The notes beneath the pieces are model-generated. The model made no database searches. It had not been told where the DNA came from and worked only from the letters and a program-made list of their open reading frames with translations. From sequence record PQ390715.1: 64,000 nt of DNA. The stretch is one strand, 5' to 3'. Positions 61,723 to 64,000 of this stretch are shown here, piece after piece. The first letter of the stretch is position 1, and the number at the start of each line of letters is the position of its first letter. A program made the translations under genes and the position numbers.

Positions 61723-62564
61723 TCAATCGATATAAGTACCTTTTTTAACATCACAGACTTCTTCCATCCAATGTGGATTTTCGTTTTTATCAGTGAAGAT
61801 TTGTTCTGCTTCTTCTTTTGTTTCAGCTAGGACAATACGATCCCCTTCATCCAAATCACGGATACGATACACTTTCAGTTCTTGTTTCTTCTCAAGGATA
61901 TTACACAGTTCACGTGCTTTTTCTTCATCGCACTTCCCTTCATTAGCATAAAACCAAATTGCTTTTTTAATAAGGTCACGTTCTTCTTTAGAAAAAGACA
62001 TAATATTTCCTATCATTTGTTAAAGTGGATTTCGTTTGATATAAACATTATACAGTACTGATATCTTATGTCAAGTATTAATCACTAAAAATCATCAGAT
62101 ACCCAAACCAACCCACACAGACGACTAAGCTAACAATACCAAAGACAATCTCTAAAGTCATGTTGTATCCTTAATCAACGATTTTATATTCACGATGACC
62201 ATAGAATCCAGCCTCAAGGATGCGATTACCATCAGCATCTTCCAAATCCCACCCACGGGATGTTTCGGCAATAATAGTCATGATGTGACCTCTTGGGAAA
62301 ATTCCACTCATGGTGGATACATCTTCAAGTAATTGAACTTTCTTACCAACATTGGAATTCGGTTTAAACATTTTATGGCCCTTATTCATTGATCACATCA
62401 AGTACTTTATCCAGCTTTTTACCAATGCTTTCCTTTGGTTTCTCACCATTCTGGAATACATTAGTACTGCAATACTCAGGACGCGTATTAGGAAACTTCT
62501 CGTTCATCCAGGAGTGACCGTAAACACCCAGCATGATGCCAACGATAAGAATGATAATTTGCAT
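61723..62564 (-). CDS. Hypothetical genes 61723-62001, 62171-62371, 62382-62564
   Basis: Co-oriented ORFs. Confidence 0.65.
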
Positions 62565-62579
62565 GATAATTTCCTCTGA

Positions 62580-63368
62580 TTAAATGTTAGTAGTATAGTA
62601 CTTGATTTCGTTTTGAATTGCAAGTTCTATTTGTTTATTGAAAAGAATTCCAAACTCTTTGATTGATTCACAATCGAATTCAATAGAAAAAGTATACTCT
62701 GGTATACGTACATTGTCAATACCCAAATACTCTTTTATGTAAATTTTAATGAGTTCACATAGTGCAGTACTAAGACATTGAATTTCAAAATGTTTTGCAC
62801 CTTTGTCAAAATACTTGAATGCATCAATATCACCTACAATAAAACTATTCTTTAATGTAGTGAATAGGTTCTCAGGAAACACGGTAATAGGTGACATTGA
62901 TTTAAGAATGTATGTATCTTTGGCATTCTTAATGTACTCAATGAAGCAGTAGTTAACGTCAGGCTCGATTGAACGATCCGCGTTATGATACCAGTGTTTA
63001 AACTCACTGTATTCAGCAAACTTATGCTGGCGTAATGCGTTACAATCTTCACACAGTGCAGTCATGTTCTCTTTATCATTACCGCCCTGAAGACAGTCAA
63101 GTACATTATGGTCTAACGTCATGCGTACAAGGCGTTTCCCTTTAAGTACATAAGGTCTGAATTTATAACGTTCTTTAGTACTGTGCTTATGTAAAGTGAA
63201 TACCACATTGGATTCACCACAACAATCACATTTAAAGCCATCACGTGACATTACATGAATGAGTTTTCGAGTATTTGGACCAAACTCTGATTTGGTAATG
63301 TTACCTACAATTTCTGATGGTTGGTAATATTTTGAATTCCGTCGAATCAGTTCATCTATAGTGCTCAT
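62580..63368 (-). CDS. HNH endonuclease-domain protein
   Basis: CDCCG...MTLDHNV....GGND.ENMTALCEDCN (zinc-binding HNH). Confidence 0.8.
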   Translation of the reverse strand: MSTIDELIRRNSKYYQPSEIVGNITKSEFGPNTRKLIHVMSRDGFKCDCCGESNVVFTLHKHSTKERYKFRPYVLKGKRLVRMTLDHNVLDCLQGGNDKENMTALCEDCNALRQHKFAEYSEFKHWYHNADRSIEPDVNYCFIEYIKNAKDTYILKSMSPITVFPENLFTTLKNSFIVGDIDAFKYFDKGAKHFEIQCLSTALCELIKIYIKEYLGIDNVRIPEYTFSIEFDCESIKEFGILFNKQIELAIQNEIKYYTTNI

Positions 63369-63369
63369 T

Positions 63370-63806
63370 TTACATTAATCCTTCTATGCTACAACCAATA
63401 AGTACTTTTTTCACTTCAATAACTCGTACCAAATAGAATCCATTTGAAAAGTTAAAACTATACATTTGTACTAAGGCATCTGCTTCAGATTTCGCACGGA
63501 TACATGATAGATAAATTTCACGTATATCACCATCCAACGATACTTGTTTCTCTGCACTGATGACAATAGAACGAATCTCAAAACGAACGCCATAACTCAT
63601 TGAGTTTGTCCTACAATAAGCTTTGTGTTAGTATTACTATTGTAACACCACATTTGTTCTTTATTAACTGTAATCCAAATATCTTTGTTTACTTGTTCGT
63701 ATGTACTATCACGTACTGCTATACATTGATTCATGGAATTCATTGGGGTTATTTGTACACCGGAATTAACAGAAAAAGCTATTACTAAAAAGATTACTGA
63801 ATTCAT
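63370..63806 (-). CDS. Hypothetical genes 63370-63600 and 63597-63806
   Basis: Downstream of a TTGACA-17-TAGAAT promoter at ~63875-63903. Confidence 0.65.
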
Positions 63807-64000
63807 TGGATATTCCTTAATGGTTAATCATCCATCTCTTCGAGATGTCTGTTCGCTTCTAATACTACGTATTCTACGCGAATGATTAATAACTGTCAAG
63901 GACTTTTAATATTGACGGGATTTGAGGAAGGGATTTTTCTTCCCCCCCACAAGGAGGGAAATTTGACGCTGATGGTATCAGAGCTATTGCATTGAAGATT

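Noticed and set aside
63973-63984. TGGTATCAGAGC (retroelement primer-binding-site-like; reverse strand ends ...GATACCA like a tRNA 3' end)
   Set aside because: There is no valid T-arm (G53 missing) or cloverleaf within the window and no retroelement context; likely chance
1-64000. CAGUAC similarity to the 23S sarcin-ricin loop as an explanation for AGTACT abundance
   Set aside because: The motif is a strand-symmetric DNA palindrome without the GAGA tetraloop context

Overview
This is a 64-kb segment of a large AT-rich dsDNA bacteriophage, most likely an enterobacterial jumbo myovirus. From recall (not checked) it resembles the RAK2/PBECO4/121Q group: T4-type TATAAATA late promoters, UUCG terminators, denV, and an array of RCC1-like paralogues. 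Layout: (1) 1-16.4 kb is an early/host-takeover region of about 45 small minus-strand genes, most with their own sigma70-type promoter and a conserved 5' leader hairpin. It includes a protein kinase, a GNAT, a TraR/DksA-like protein and an H-NS-like protein. It also carries two dispersed families of promoter-driven, ORF-less structured RNA candidates. (2) 16.4-18.4 kb is a gene-free hub rich in repeats and hairpins, possibly a terminus or origin. (3) 18.4-23.2 kb is a tandem array of 21 paralogous ~60-aa proteins. (4) 23.3-37.9 kb is a divergently transcribed array of 12 RCC1/BLIP-II-like beta-propeller genes in repeat-flanked cassettes, all starting MLPF(G/A/V)R. (5) 37.8-63.8 kb holds minus-strand accessory genes: small membrane-protein arrays, an AAA ATPase, two endonucleases, denV, two more kinases, a late gene pair, and secreted proteins and lipoproteins. 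The palindrome AGTACT is strongly over-represented. I found no tRNA, rRNA, CRISPR array or core replication/structural gene. All protein calls are motif recognition by eye; no searches were run.
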